NCBI RefSeq assembly: GCF_000400465.1
Contig: NW_008806279.1
Span: 84,097-116,096 of the forward strand
Direction of reading: 5' to 3'
Length of the DNA stretch: 32,000 nucleotides
Source of the DNA: Wallemia ichthyophaga EXF-994
Taxonomy: Eukaryota; Fungi; Basidiomycota
Each line of letters opens with the position of its first letter. Position 1 is the first letter of the stretch. The notes beneath the pieces were generated by a model. The model did not search any database and had not been told where the DNA came from. It worked only from the letters and a program-made list of their open reading frames with translations. A program made the translations under genes and the position numbers. Positions 1 through 10,914 of this stretch are shown piece by piece.

Positions 1-840
1 GTGAGCATGCGCTTCTCTTCTTCGATTCTTCAACACCACTTGAACTACAACCACTTAAACTGCCAGTATCGACACAATCAACGCTATCCAACTGATAATC
101 CTCCAATTCATCCTTCGCGTGCATACTCACTTTCGCACTCTCCTCTTCCTCCCTCTGAAGCGCCTCTAGTTGAGATGCGTGGTGGGCATCTGCGAATAGA
201 AGACGTGGCTTAGGGTTGGGTAAAGGTGAAAAGTCGATATGAGATTCAGGGAGGTGTGCACGCTGTTTAACAGCACTTGGGAGATTTTTGAATGGGTTTG
301 TGAATGCGCATTTAGCCCCACGGCTGTAATTGGTGTGAGTTCAGCCTAGCGAGAGTGAAATCAGTCAACCCACAATGAATACATCATAAAATCAGGTTCA
401 GGAGAAGAAGTCCTCTTACTCTTCCCTTTAACTGGTCTTTTGTTTGTTGTACCAGAGAATATGTCATCGTCTGGGTCCTGGGTTGGTATAGCGTTTGCGT
501 AGACTGATTTCGAGGTACTTGGTTGCGGCGAGGTGTTCAAGTCATCCAAGCTATCATCAAAATCACTAAAGTTCAATTTACGCGGAGATTTGCTGGCATG
601 TTCTTGGAAACCATCCTCCTCCTCATCATCATCATCTAAAAGACCATAAACGACGCGTCTTTTAGGATCCTTTCCTTTGTGCAAGTACGCGGATGGCGGT
701 AAGTTGTCGTCAGAGCGTTCGTCATCGCTCGAACGCGTGTCGTTGAGCAGCTCGTCGTGGAGTGAGTGGCGGGGATGTTGATATTTATACTTCTTTTGTA
801 CGTGTATGTTATGAGGAGATTGTGGAGATCTTTTTGGCAT
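1..840 (-). CDS. Hypothetical acidic/low-complexity protein, spliced; 3' end uncertain or beyond the window
   Basis: ATG at 840. Exon 840-383, GT-AG intron 382-324, exon 323-131 continuing in frame (MIRGAKCAFTNPF...LPESHIDFSP...PRLLF...EEESAK), then a GTGAGT donor at 130. No family recognised. Confidence 0.55.
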
Positions 841-924
841 AATTTTAATAATTTTGATTGTCGTCGTTTGAGTCTAAAAGCGGCTGACCCACTAAGTCTT
901 CGATAAGCAGCGAAATTTAGCAAA

Positions 925-1566
925 ATGAGCCAAGATACACGTTCGTACGCGTCAAATCAGCTTCCATTTGGCGATAAAGTTAAAGAATTTATCGATGATC
1001 AGATTGCGGTACTTACAAAACCGGTGGACTGGAATGGCAAGATTCTCGCAGGTAGCACGATGAGCAAGGAGACAGTAAAAGCGATTTATGAACACGTGAA
1101 TTTAGAAAGAGACGTCGTTATTTCCACTCATTTCAATCAGATTGCTAAAATGTCTGTCGTTGAGCAATTGACAGAAATACAGCGTGTTAAAGAGATTGAT
1201 GAGAAGGAGAGACGCGAGGAGGAAGACAACGTCATCTTCATCGATAAGGGAAAGAGTAGCCTGTTGGCTGAGTTCCCGCAGCGGTGGCCTGGCGATGAGC
1301 ATCACAGAGATTCACAAGTAAAAAGATATGATCAGAAGATGTCAGTTTACAAGAGTAACCTTAAGCTTATCAATGACCAGAAGAATAAGATCGCAGAGTA
1401 TAAACGTCTCTATGAGATGTTATCCAAATTATCAGATGAATCCATCGAGCTGAATTGCGATGTAATGGAACAAGATACCTTTGAAGAAATCAATGACAGG
1501 CTCGATGACATGCCCAATCAAGATATTAAATCAATCTATACCGCCAACCACTTGGATCTGTTGTAA
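925..1566 (+). CDS. Putative kinetochore Sim4-complex subunit, Fta4/Nkp1-like (213 aa)
   Basis: Intronless ORF. The pattern K..FI..Q...L..P, then VVEQL..I, FPQRWP and a C-terminal coiled coil resembles the Fta4 family as I recall it. Confidence 0.5.
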   Translation: MSQDTRSYASNQLPFGDKVKEFIDDQIAVLTKPVDWNGKILAGSTMSKETVKAIYEHVNLERDVVISTHFNQIAKMSVVEQLTEIQRVKEIDEKERREEEDNVIFIDKGKSSLLAEFPQRWPGDEHHRDSQVKRYDQKMSVYKSNLKLINDQKNKIAEYKRLYEMLSKLSDESIELNCDVMEQDTFEEINDRLDDMPNQDIKSIYTANHLDLL

Positions 1567-1594
1567 CCACCATCGTCTAACTTAGTATACTCAA

Positions 1595-2704
1595 ATGCAC
1601 GCACTCCTTCTAATACTGCTGCTTATAAGTCTAGTATATTCAAAACCATCTCTTCTCGTTTTACATGGCAGTGATTTAGATTCTTACACTCAGCTATCTG
1701 ATGAGCTGGAAAATTCCTTTGATACGGCGTATAAGGATATACAGAGAATCAGTCAATATGACTTAGATTACAACAATCTGCTGCTACTCTCAGATACACT
1801 CCCAACCAACCTCCACTACCCAATCTTAGATAATTTACAACACAACAACATCGTCATCACTTCAGAATCCAACAATCTATCAAATCTAGCTAGACAATTC
1901 AATTTACAGCTATCGAACAAACCAATTACCGCCTTCGATGGAGCTAATGAGCTGGAAATCCATTCAAACCCACACTCCTGCACGCTATCTTACAATGGCC
2001 ACTCACACTCATACATATCCAACTCACAACTTATCCATCCAAGTCTATCATCGCCACCCGCAACCTCTCACTCAAAGTCTCACCTCATTTCATCCCTCCA
2101 ATCCACCAAAAACACCAGAATGTCTTGGATTTCCAGTAAATCCTTCCTTAATGACACGTCGCTTTCAAACGAATGTAACAAACAATCTGCACTCGACGTA
2201 CTTCTCTGGACATTCCAACAAAAGGGAGTTGTCAAGGTCACTCAAATGAAACACTACAAAACGGGTGAATCAGAGACACCCGAATATGTCTACAATGATG
2301 AATCGAACTTTGAGCTCCACCTTTCAGATGAGAACAATCAGCCATTCACTACGCACTCGCTCCAACTCGATTTCACTATGCTCGATCCACACATCCGCGC
2401 CCACGTCCCCCCATCGCACATCTCCGAAGATGGTACATCTATGGTTTACAAGCTCACTTTTAGAGTTCCGGACCGTCATGGTATTTTCAAATTCGTTGTC
2501 GATTGGAAGAGACAGGGTTACTCATTCATAGACGAGCAGATGCGCACTACTGTCGCACCTATTAGACACGACGAACATCCACGCTTCCTTAATCACGCTT
2601 GGCCTTTCTATTCAGGCACCCTCTTTACTCTCGTCTCTTTTGTCGCTTTTGCCGCCCTTTGGCTCAGTTGGGATGATAAGATTAAGGGTAAAAAGAGTGA
2701 GTGA
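1595..2704 (+). CDS. WBP1: Oligosaccharyltransferase subunit Wbp1/OST48
   Basis: N-terminal signal peptide, LDFTMLDPHIR, FRVPDRHGIFKF, HDEHPRF..AWPFY, C-terminal TM helix and KKxx ER-retrieval end (KKSE). Confidence 0.93.
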   Translation: MHALLLILLLISLVYSKPSLLVLHGSDLDSYTQLSDELENSFDTAYKDIQRISQYDLDYNNLLLLSDTLPTNLHYPILDNLQHNNIVITSESNNLSNLARQFNLQLSNKPITAFDGANELEIHSNPHSCTLSYNGHSHSYISNSQLIHPSLSSPPATSHSKSHLISSLQSTKNTRMSWISSKSFLNDTSLSNECNKQSALDVLLWTFQQKGVVKVTQMKHYKTGESETPEYVYNDESNFELHLSDENNQPFTTHSLQLDFTMLDPHIRAHVPPSHISEDGTSMVYKLTFRVPDRHGIFKFVVDWKRQGYSFIDEQMRTTVAPIRHDEHPRFLNHAWPFYSGTLFTLVSFVAFAALWLSWDDKIKGKKSE

Positions 2705-3777
2705 GTGAGCTTTGTGTTTTATTTATATCATTTAAAACATTATACACATCATATACATCTTAAATTTTATCTATAATGATCTCGTCCAACAATCACCATA
2801 CCAGATTGGATGATAATCTTTTGAACGAGTGCGAGTGGGAGCGAAAGTAATAGAAACGCTCTCAATCTTAATCAATGAGATTTTTCACTTTTCAAGCGTC
2901 GACCCTGGTTTCCATCTAAAAACACCTTGTTGAGGCTCCCACTCATGTATGACTTTCCAAAGCTGAAGATTTTAATATGCAAAGGCACTGACATTCCGTC
3001 TTAACTATCATTTCAATACAGCTCAATCATGAAACTATTTGAGGTGTTCGACCTGTGCAAAAGGTTTGCTAATAAGCAGTCACACCCCAAGTTGACAAAG
3101 ATACATCTCACAATAAACGACATCAACGCAGATGGCGCATGGGAGAAAGACTCTGCTCAAGTTTAGTGCTGAAATGAGGTCTGCGTATCTGCTAATCCAA
3201 TACATCACCCAAATGTTTTGGTTTCAACTCCAAAGCTCAAGTGTTTCATTATTTTAAGGCTCCAATAATGCTTACTAGAAAGTCTCACTTTTGCACCTTG
3301 AAATCAACGCTACTAGCAACGTTTCTCTTTCAAGTTTATCAAGCTTGTGATTCATGAAAGAAGGTGGCACTCTGTAAATATCTAGTATTTATATATTTGT
3401 TTCTTTAAATAATCGCATCACCAAAGTCGAGCTGGCCTTTCTAAAAACACAATCCACAATCATCAGCGAGCGCAATCTCAACGAGCACGAACAAGCGCGA
3501 GGATCAATAAAGCAGTTTATATTCATGCTAACGCTATCTTCATTCAGCGATGATTATATCCGCTGCCAAATTATGTTTCGAAGATGTCTCAGCCACATAG
3601 CATTGTGATTGAGTGCGAGTACTGAACTTGGGTGCGCTGTAAACCTGCTTCAAGAACAAGCTTAAGAAGAAGCATCCATAAAAACATGGAAGATATTGCA
3701 ACTCATCCAGGACAAAGATATTGATTATTTCGTGCTATCACTCACCTCATTGGTAACACGAACGTTGATGAGCAAAA

Positions 3778-4126
3778 ATGGCACAAATGACGAAATATAT
3801 TCAACGCGTCGCTAGCGGACCAAAGCAAAGATTCCGAGATCCAGAAACGGATACAGATTTAGATCTATCGTACATATCTGACAATATCATCATAATGGGT
3901 TACCCTACACCTGCGAGTGAGAATAAAATAAGCAAAATAGCCGCGTGAATCTCAAAAATACTTTTAGACAATTATCAGGCGGTATTTCGCAATAACCAGG
4001 ACCAAGTGAGGAAGCTGCTTGAGTGGGTTACAGTGCGTAGGAGGAGAGAACTGCACGATAATTCTCAATAGTCTTGATCATTCTTGCATCACCGCGAACC
4101 TCCACCTCCACCCACATGATCTTTAA
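3778..4126 (+). pseudogene. Truncated PTEN/Tep1-like fragment (82 aa, 3 exons) lacking the catalytic motif
   Basis: Exons 3778-3916, 3968-4022, 4072-4126 with GT-AG introns of 51 and 49 nt give MAQMTKYIQRVASGPKQRFRDPETDTDLDLSYISDNIIIMGYPTPANNYQAVFRNNQDQVRKLLDLDHSCITANLHLHPHDL*. This matches the PTEN N-terminus (DLDLxYI...IIxMGxP...xRN). I found no HCxxGxxR before the next gene. Confidence 0.7.
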
Positions 4127-4478
4127 GCGGTGATTCTATCAGCTGACAGCAGCTGTCAGGTTCAGCAGGTAGAACTAGCTGAGATTTATGCGGTCATGAT
4201 CCTTGCGCGTGCTCGAAGGAAGCGTACAACAAAGTGGGTGATGCCGATCGAACGTTCCTGGAGAACGAACGAACGAGAAGTAACTGACGACAAAAGTCAG
4301 AAGTCAAAAGCACCGAAGCACACCTAATACAGCTGAGTCAGAATATATCGAGGAATGTTTCTTGGAATGTTTCGGCGTAGTTATGTCTGGTTCAAAAAAG
4401 GAGCATGTTCATCGGCAATAATAATTTTATAAGAAGAAAGTAACGTTGACAGAATAAGCCTTACGAGAAGACTTCCAT

Positions 4479-5153
4479 ATGTCAGACATAAACATAAAGC
4501 GGGAAGCGATCTCTCAATCGTACAAACCATTTCACCACAAACACAAGCATTTCGACAGAGAGATCCTGGTGGAAGGAATGAGTATGAGAACTAAAGAAGA
4601 GAGTGTACTGAGGTACATGAGTCAATTTGGAGCAGTGGACACTCTATCGATATATTCCTCCAAACGCAGTCAAACGGCATTGCTCACATTAACAGATGCC
4701 GAGCATGCGCGACAAATTAGTATCAGAGATCACTGGATAGACAACAAGCGAGTAAATGCTAGACTGTATATACTTGCACTGGCCAGCGGTGGATGTCTCA
4801 CTGTCAATATCGACGGAATACCCCCATCCATCCCAGCTGAGGGGGTGGCAGAGGCGTTAAAATGTTTCGGAAGAGTTATCCACGCTAGCATCAAGCACAA
4901 CAGCAATATAGGCAGAGCGTCAAAGGGATTTGGTGTGTTTTGTTTCGATTGTCCAGACTCAGCTAAAGATGCTGCCAAAGAGGGTGAACTGATGTTGGAA
5001 GGACAGAAAGCGAAAGTAAGCTACATGGGAAGGACTCGCAATACGTTTGGGGCGGACAGTCGGGTGGGCGGGGTGAAGTTTTTGACAAGGATAAAAGTCG
5101 CGATAAATTGGAATATTTCATGTGGTTTGTGCGGCGTGTGGTGTGCGTTGTGA
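4479..5153 (+). CDS. Divergent two-RRM RNA-binding protein
   Basis: Two RRM-like units: ILVEGMS...FGAV...HWIDNKRVNA and VNIDGIP...FGRV...SKGFGVFCF (RNP1-like). Confidence 0.7.
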   Translation: MSDINIKREAISQSYKPFHHKHKHFDREILVEGMSMRTKEESVLRYMSQFGAVDTLSIYSSKRSQTALLTLTDAEHARQISIRDHWIDNKRVNARLYILALASGGCLTVNIDGIPPSIPAEGVAEALKCFGRVIHASIKHNSNIGRASKGFGVFCFDCPDSAKDAAKEGELMLEGQKAKVSYMGRTRNTFGADSRVGGVKFLTRIKVAINWNISCGLCGVWCAL

Positions 5154-5223
5154 ATAAGGACACGTCTAAAGTGGCGTAAGACATCCCAATTCCAGGAATA
5201 TCAACAAACACCTTGACATCGGC

Positions 5224-5922
5224 ATGTCATCATCGAGGAATATCGAAAGAATGAGCAAATGGAGCCGTAGGCTGCAGCGGGTACAGACGTATTCAGGGGT
5301 TGCTTTTGGTGGGTTCGCATTGCAGCACACGCTCCCAGCGCTGCTAGCGAGTGTAGGACAGCTGGAGCTGAGTGAGCAAGTGGTGATGATAGAGCGGGCA
5401 GTGTACCACTCGCCGTATGTGGAAGTGGTGTGGGTTATTGGATCAATATCTGTGCACGTGATCGCCGGTATCTTGCGGCGTGTAGTGTTGAAGAAGACAG
5501 CGAAAGAGAATAATACGCAACACACACTCACCACACAGCAGAAAGCAGGCTGGATGCTGACGCCACTCCTCACAACGCATTACCTCATCCACCGCTCAAT
5601 ACCCAGTTTGGATACACCGCCTATACGCTCACTTTCACCGTCCGAACTCTCTTACCCGCATTTCGTGGGCTATGCAGTACAAGCACTCACACCACGCGCT
5701 GTCATATCCGCTACTGCCCTCACCGCCCTCTCAACCCTCACCGTTTATCACAGCTTGGCGGGGCTATGGCGCGGGAAAAAGAACGCAAGGACAGCGCTGA
5801 GGTGCTCAGTCGTCAACGGCGTCAGCGTATTAGCTGCATTGGTTAATATGGGCAGAGCGTACTCCAGTGTGTCTTACTTAGAGCCTCGCTACGAAGCAGT
5901 GTATGGTTATTTGGGGTTGTAA
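5224..5922 (+). CDS. Mitochondrial membrane protein, DUF1691 / Mcp1-like
   Basis: Q.YSG..FGGF...H, VE...V.GS..VHV..GI.RR and HY..HR..P motifs with several hydrophobic helices. Confidence 0.7.
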   Translation: MSSSRNIERMSKWSRRLQRVQTYSGVAFGGFALQHTLPALLASVGQLELSEQVVMIERAVYHSPYVEVVWVIGSISVHVIAGILRRVVLKKTAKENNTQHTLTTQQKAGWMLTPLLTTHYLIHRSIPSLDTPPIRSLSPSELSYPHFVGYAVQALTPRAVISATALTALSTLTVYHSLAGLWRGKKNARTALRCSVVNGVSVLAALVNMGRAYSSVSYLEPRYEAVYGYLGL

Positions 5923-6006
5923 TTGACACGGAGGCAGACGCCGCACTAATTATACACTAAATATATCTGACATTGGAATACAAATAATGGACTTGAAATT
6001 ATTCAG

Positions 6007-7454
6007 CTAACCCAGCTGAGGTGCTGGCGGGGCACTAAACCTGTCGAGCACATCGAGTGCATCGCGTACAGCGCCCATCTCGACGAGCAGTTTCCTTCTC
6101 TTACTATTTGATATGAGTTGGTCGTGGGGGACGAGTTGTGGGAGTTGCAGTGAGGTGCTGTTGCGACGTGCGCTAGCATGGTTAGAAGTGTCAAGTTCAT
6201 TGTTACTGCTACCCATATCCACCCTCACTTCAGCATCGCGGTGGACATTCTCGAGCACCTTCTCAACCTGTTGATGCAATTCTGCGCCGGTACATCTCGT
6301 TCTGCTGCCAACGAGATCGGCGAGTAGTGCTAGATCTGCTAGGCCGATGTTAGGATGTGATTTGAGACGTCTCCAAGCATCCGAAGCGGGAATGGAGGGG
6401 GTGTGGGTGTTGTTAACCCGTTCTTGGGCTCTTTCTTCAGGAGTGCTTTCTTCAGCTTCTTCGTGAAGGTCCTTTTTCTTCTTTCCTTCTCCTTGCGAAT
6501 ACTCCTTATTATGTCCCGGACAGCCTTCGCACCTCGCGCCACCGCCATCCTGACAGACGCTCCCCTGCAGCGCTTCAAAGAAGGCACGACCGGGTTTGTC
6601 GTCGCGGCAGGCGAGTGAGTCATCTACTTGGCACGCCATGCAGTTGTCTGGGTCGCCACTGCATTCTGTCTGTACGGTGAAAAGTTTCTTAGACTGCGTG
6701 CGTTTCTTGCGGAGGGGCTGAGCGGGTGCGATGGAGGGTGGATTGTCGAGGATTTTTGTGGGTGGCGTGATAGTTTCTGTGGTTTCTACTGCTGCATTGT
6801 CTGCCTTGTCTGTAGCTGCCTCGGATATCTGCCGACAAACACACGGCGTCTCTTCAGAACAAAAGCCGCAGCTGAAAAACTTATCGAGATCGTCGTCGAC
6901 GTGCAGTTTAATAGGTGGTGGTGGGGGGGTTGTGTGCTTGGTTTGTTGAGCGTGGGTGTTTGCTGCATATGCTGTATCTGCAGCTGTTGTGCTGAATTTA
7001 CGCTTCATTGCTCTGCGTGTCTGTGTGCCCATTTCCAGCCGCCTTTTCAGATGAACATTCTCCTCTTTGAGTGTATCATTTTCTTGCTTCAACTTCTGTG
7101 AAACCTGCTGTAATGCGATATGGCGCTGTATAGAATTACTCTCAAATTCCTGCAGACGCTGCTCGAGTTCCTGTACATACTCCTGTTTTCTCTCACGGAA
7201 AGCACGCTGTGCGACTCTGTTTTGTGATTTGCGCTGGGAGTATTAAAGATGTTGCTTGGACTGAAAATAGCCACTCACATTTACAGGATCAGCCTCAATT
7301 GGCTTCCTTCCTGGCTTTGGTCTCGCTGGTATTTCCCAGTTTTTCGTAGGCTGTACGTAGATTTTGCCTGTTTCTATTGTAAAAAGGCTATCATACAGCA
7401 CATACAACACCTACCTGTTATTTCTTTCTGCGGTGCTGCCTTTATCGTCGACAT
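6007..7454 (-). CDS. HAPX: Iron-homeostasis bZIP transcription factor HapX (453 aa)
   Basis: Exons 7454-7415, 7373-7279, 7233-6007. Hap4-like motif WEIPARPKPGRKP, bZIP RKSQNRVAQRAFRERK, Cys-rich regions CGFCSEETPCVC and CSGDPDNCMAC. Confidence 0.9.
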
Positions 7455-7462
7455 GGCAGCTG

Positions 7463-7493
7463 CTATCAAAAATGATCTGATAACTCAAGATAA
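7463..7493. promoter_or_regulatory. GATA-site cluster including an SreA/Fep1-type ATCTGATAA next to the HapX start
   Basis: ATCTGATAA at 7475-7483, AGATAA at 7488-7493, CTATCA (reverse TGATAG) at 7463-7468; all within 40 bp upstream of the HapX ATG. Confidence 0.6.
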
Positions 7494-7648
7494 AGATCAA
7501 TCGGATCGAATCGGGTAATCAAAAATGTTAATTTTAAATTTGAGAAAGGGAGTTGCATTTGGATGGTGAAGGTTTATTAGGGATTGTTTATATTTAAATA
7601 TTTTAAATCCAATTAATTCCTGCGTTTTTAGCTTCAAATTCAACTCCA

Positions 7649-9643
7649 ATGCGACCATCACTAGCCCGGCACACGCAATCGACCCTGGAAAGCATCGAAG
7701 GGATTTTGAGTAAATCACCCACTCACACAAACCCCTCCATCCAAGATTTAGAGTCACTGCGCCCGCGCCAACTGCCGACGCAGCTGCAAGACAAGATAAT
7801 TCTCTACGACACCGTCCACAAGCGGCTAGATAATGCATTTACTAAATCTCAATTACGTCACTTGATAAAGGAGCTTGAGATGCAGCCAGGGAGCAATCTC
7901 AATAAGCGTGGGCTAGTTGATAGATTATTGAGTAGATGGGGAGTGTATTCGCAGCAGCACCTCACCAAAGTCAGTCAACAGGAGACATTGCGCCGTTCAG
8001 AGGCCAAACACACTATCGCGCTGCCCAGCCATGCCCTCTTTCTTCTCCTTGGTCAGGACGGGCAGCAGCAGCACCGTCTCATTTCGTCGCCCTTCAATGT
8101 ACGCGTGGGGGTGGTACGCGTACCCAAGCTGGCGCTGTCCATCGTAGGCTCGAACGAGGGTGTTGGTCGAGCAACTGAGTTTCTCGACAGATTCGTACAC
8201 AATACCCAATCAGCCAGCGTGCACGTGCCGGATGCCGTGAAGAGACTTTCGAAGAGTGCACTATTGGGCATATCGCGCATCACTCACACTTACCTCGATC
8301 CAGCTAGCCTGGGGAGCGATACGGTCGTCATGTACGCTCACCATCAACGTAATCTCACTCTCGCAACGCGTCTCCTCAACTCACACCTGAGAAGGGACAG
8401 GAGGGGGTGCGAGGTCGTTAAAACACTTCTGCCAGCTCTTGCACTCAACGCTCACCGCTCGCTCACCCTCCTCCCGTTCGAATTGCGCGATGAAAGACCT
8501 TGGGACTTGGTCGGGATGGCGTATCAGCTGGGCCTGCAGTTGGATGGCAGTGATAACTCGATGTCGCACATGCAACACGATCTCAACATTCTCACTCCTG
8601 ATGACCTCTTTAATGGATGTGAGACACTCAGACATTTTAATTCTGATTCTGATTCCGCGCTGGTGAATGAGGAAAATGCGAATAAGGAGGTGAGGGTAGA
8701 AATAGAGTGCGTCGTGGGTTATTTGAGTGGTATATAACGAGACACTAACAAAATTCTCAGACTCGGCCACTACTTATACCTCGACCAACACGACACATCC
8801 GACTACACCGCCAAAGCTGATGTGGATGTGACGTCTCTGCCCACGCCACGCTTCGTGCCATCGGTCAACCCGGCCTCGCTAAAGATTCCGCTGAAAGGAG
8901 CAGACTATTCGCCGCAATTGAGGCTGACGTATACGGCAGGCGGTGAGGGCACACGGGAAGGGACACAGCGGCAATTCACCACTCTCCTCAGCACAGCGTC
9001 AGATGGTCAACCTTCACTACACCAGAGCATCTCGGCCGTAAGTATTGAAGGCCTCGTCCTGCCTGGGTTGCCCACCGATGCGCGCGTGAGCAGGTACACG
9101 CGCAGTGAGTCGTCTCTCCTCGGCCTGGATGTGGAGCTGAGGCGGTGGATTGAGGGGGTGAGTATGGGTGAAAGTCTGGGTGAAAATGGAAATGGAAATG
9201 AAATTGAGGATGCTAGCGCTAGTTTGAACGCTTCATACGGCTCAAATATACTACCCCCTCTCGCGCTCACGGATGAACACGGCACACAGTGGTATCTCGA
9301 CGAACACTCCCTCCTCAACTCCAACTCAAGCAGCAAAGACAACACTATTGCACCTGGTGTGACACTCACTCGGGAGAGTGTGCTGGATGGGGAGACAAAC
9401 GAGACGCACGAATGCGCTCGGATCTCTCTTAGTCTGGAGGGCATTCAGGGGTGTACAGTGGACAGAGAGTGTAGAACGCGTATGCACAGCCTCCTCACCC
9501 AGAAATGGTCCTTTGTGTATGACCACATGAGGTGGAGCAGGCCGCCACGGGAGTATCAAAGTGAGAAGGAGAATGAGCAGGAGAATGAGCAGGAGAATGA
9601 GCATGAAAATGAACATAGATATAAGCACAATCACGATGAATAA
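7649..9643 (+). CDS. Putative mitochondrial inner-membrane regulator, Sls1-like (646 aa)
   Basis: ORFs 7649-8737 and 8822-9643 join in frame through intron 8707-8760 (GTGCGT...CTAAC...CAG). N-terminal L..AFTKSQL...K..LV..LL..W pattern resembles Sls1. Confidence 0.5.
9569..9616 (+). repeat. Coding 12-bp tandem repeat x4 (ENEQ/ENEH)
   Basis: GAGAATGAGCAG GAGAATGAGCAG GAGAATGAGCAT GAAAATGAACAT at the 3' end of the Sls1-like gene. Confidence 0.85.
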
Positions 9644-9668
9644 AAAGACTAGGCACTAAATAATCACG

Positions 9669-10881
9669 CTACCGCATTATTGGCCATCCGTGGGTATACA
9701 AACGATGCCACAAGCCACCGGCACCCAAATCAATATGCTTCTTCATGTACTTGTTACTCTCTGCATTCATCCCGAGTTTGATGCGTCTGATCCTGGCCAG
9801 TCGTCTGAGACATGCGTACGTCACTGCAGATGAAAGGATAGCAGTAGTGAGAGATACGCCGAAGAAAGCATAAGGGTTTTCTTCGAGATGTGATTGAAGA
9901 TTCATTCCAAACAGCCCAGCAAAGAGCGTGCCTGCGCCTATACCTAGTGTAGCAATGCTTACTTTAAGATCCAAGGCGAGTAGATTATTTCGATTGCTGT
10001 CGAGAATGAGTTCTACTATCTCCTGCGTTGAGCTGACGTTAGCGTCGAGTGCATCGGCTGAGGTGACTATCTCTTCTATCTGTTTAGAGGCGGATTCCAA
10101 CAGCAATTCGAGCTCGTCGTGGTCTCCGTGCTGCTGTTTATCATATTTCCCATTTTGCTCATCTTTCTCCCTATCGGAGAGATACATCAGGGACAAGTCT
10201 TCATCATTCTTCAGTACCTCCTCGATAGCCTCGTGGGTGAGAGTAGCGCGGTTGCGCAGAGTAGACAGCTTCCTGGCGTAATGAAGCAAATTCTTGAGCT
10301 TCTCCCTCTCAATGTCGTCCTCGAGGTCGAGAAGGAGGTCAGAGATCTGCCTTGCGAGTACATCAGTCTCGTGGCCGAGAGCAGCGATAACGCTCTGCAA
10401 GATAGCCTCGATAGCGCGAAATTCGTACGGAAGGTGTGAGTGAGTGTCTTTGAGGGAGTGCTCCAGATTATAGAGGAAGACTGACTGCTGGCGCGTGTCG
10501 AGTGCGTTGTGAGGCTCGAACAGGAGAACTGTGTCGCGCTTGACGAGTGCGCGCACGTGGAGGATGTTGATCAGTGTAGCCTCCCGCCGGGCGAGGATGG
10601 TGGGTACGATGTTGGGTATGCGTGAATCCACCTTGCGGAGGTCTCGCGGGTTGAGTGAATGGCGCATGCACAAATCACTCTTGCGGAATTTACCACTGAG
10701 TCGCGATTGACCCCGCTCGTCAATCACCGTGCCTGGTGGGAGTGAGCGTGTTGTGGCTGATGAAACAGGTACACGGACATCGAAGGTATATCTCGCTGCT
10801 CGTTCGCCCCCACACGCCGGAAGAAGACGTATAGCTGCGTGTACTATTGAAATTGGTGAAAATATTAAAATATCTTTTCAT
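9669..10881 (-). CDS. MRS2: Mitochondrial CorA-family Mg2+ channel Mrs2/Lpe10 (388 aa)
   Basis: Exons 10881-10779 and 10732-9669. Presequence-like N-terminus, LNPRDLRKVD, LPYEFRAIE, GMN signature (FGMNL) between two TM helices. Confidence 0.9.
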
Positions 10882-10914
10882 CCCCCTTGACCGTAAACAA
10901 CCAAGAGATAATTG

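Noticed and set aside
4143-4160. Small hairpin CTGACAGC-A-GCTGTCAG
   Set aside because: Too short and isolated to indicate an ncRNA or transposon end.
3778-5153. Possible splicing of the PTEN fragment into the downstream RRM ORF (fusion gene)
   Set aside because: With the acceptor at 4452, the exon-2 donor gives the wrong frame and the exon-1 donor gives an immediate TAA.
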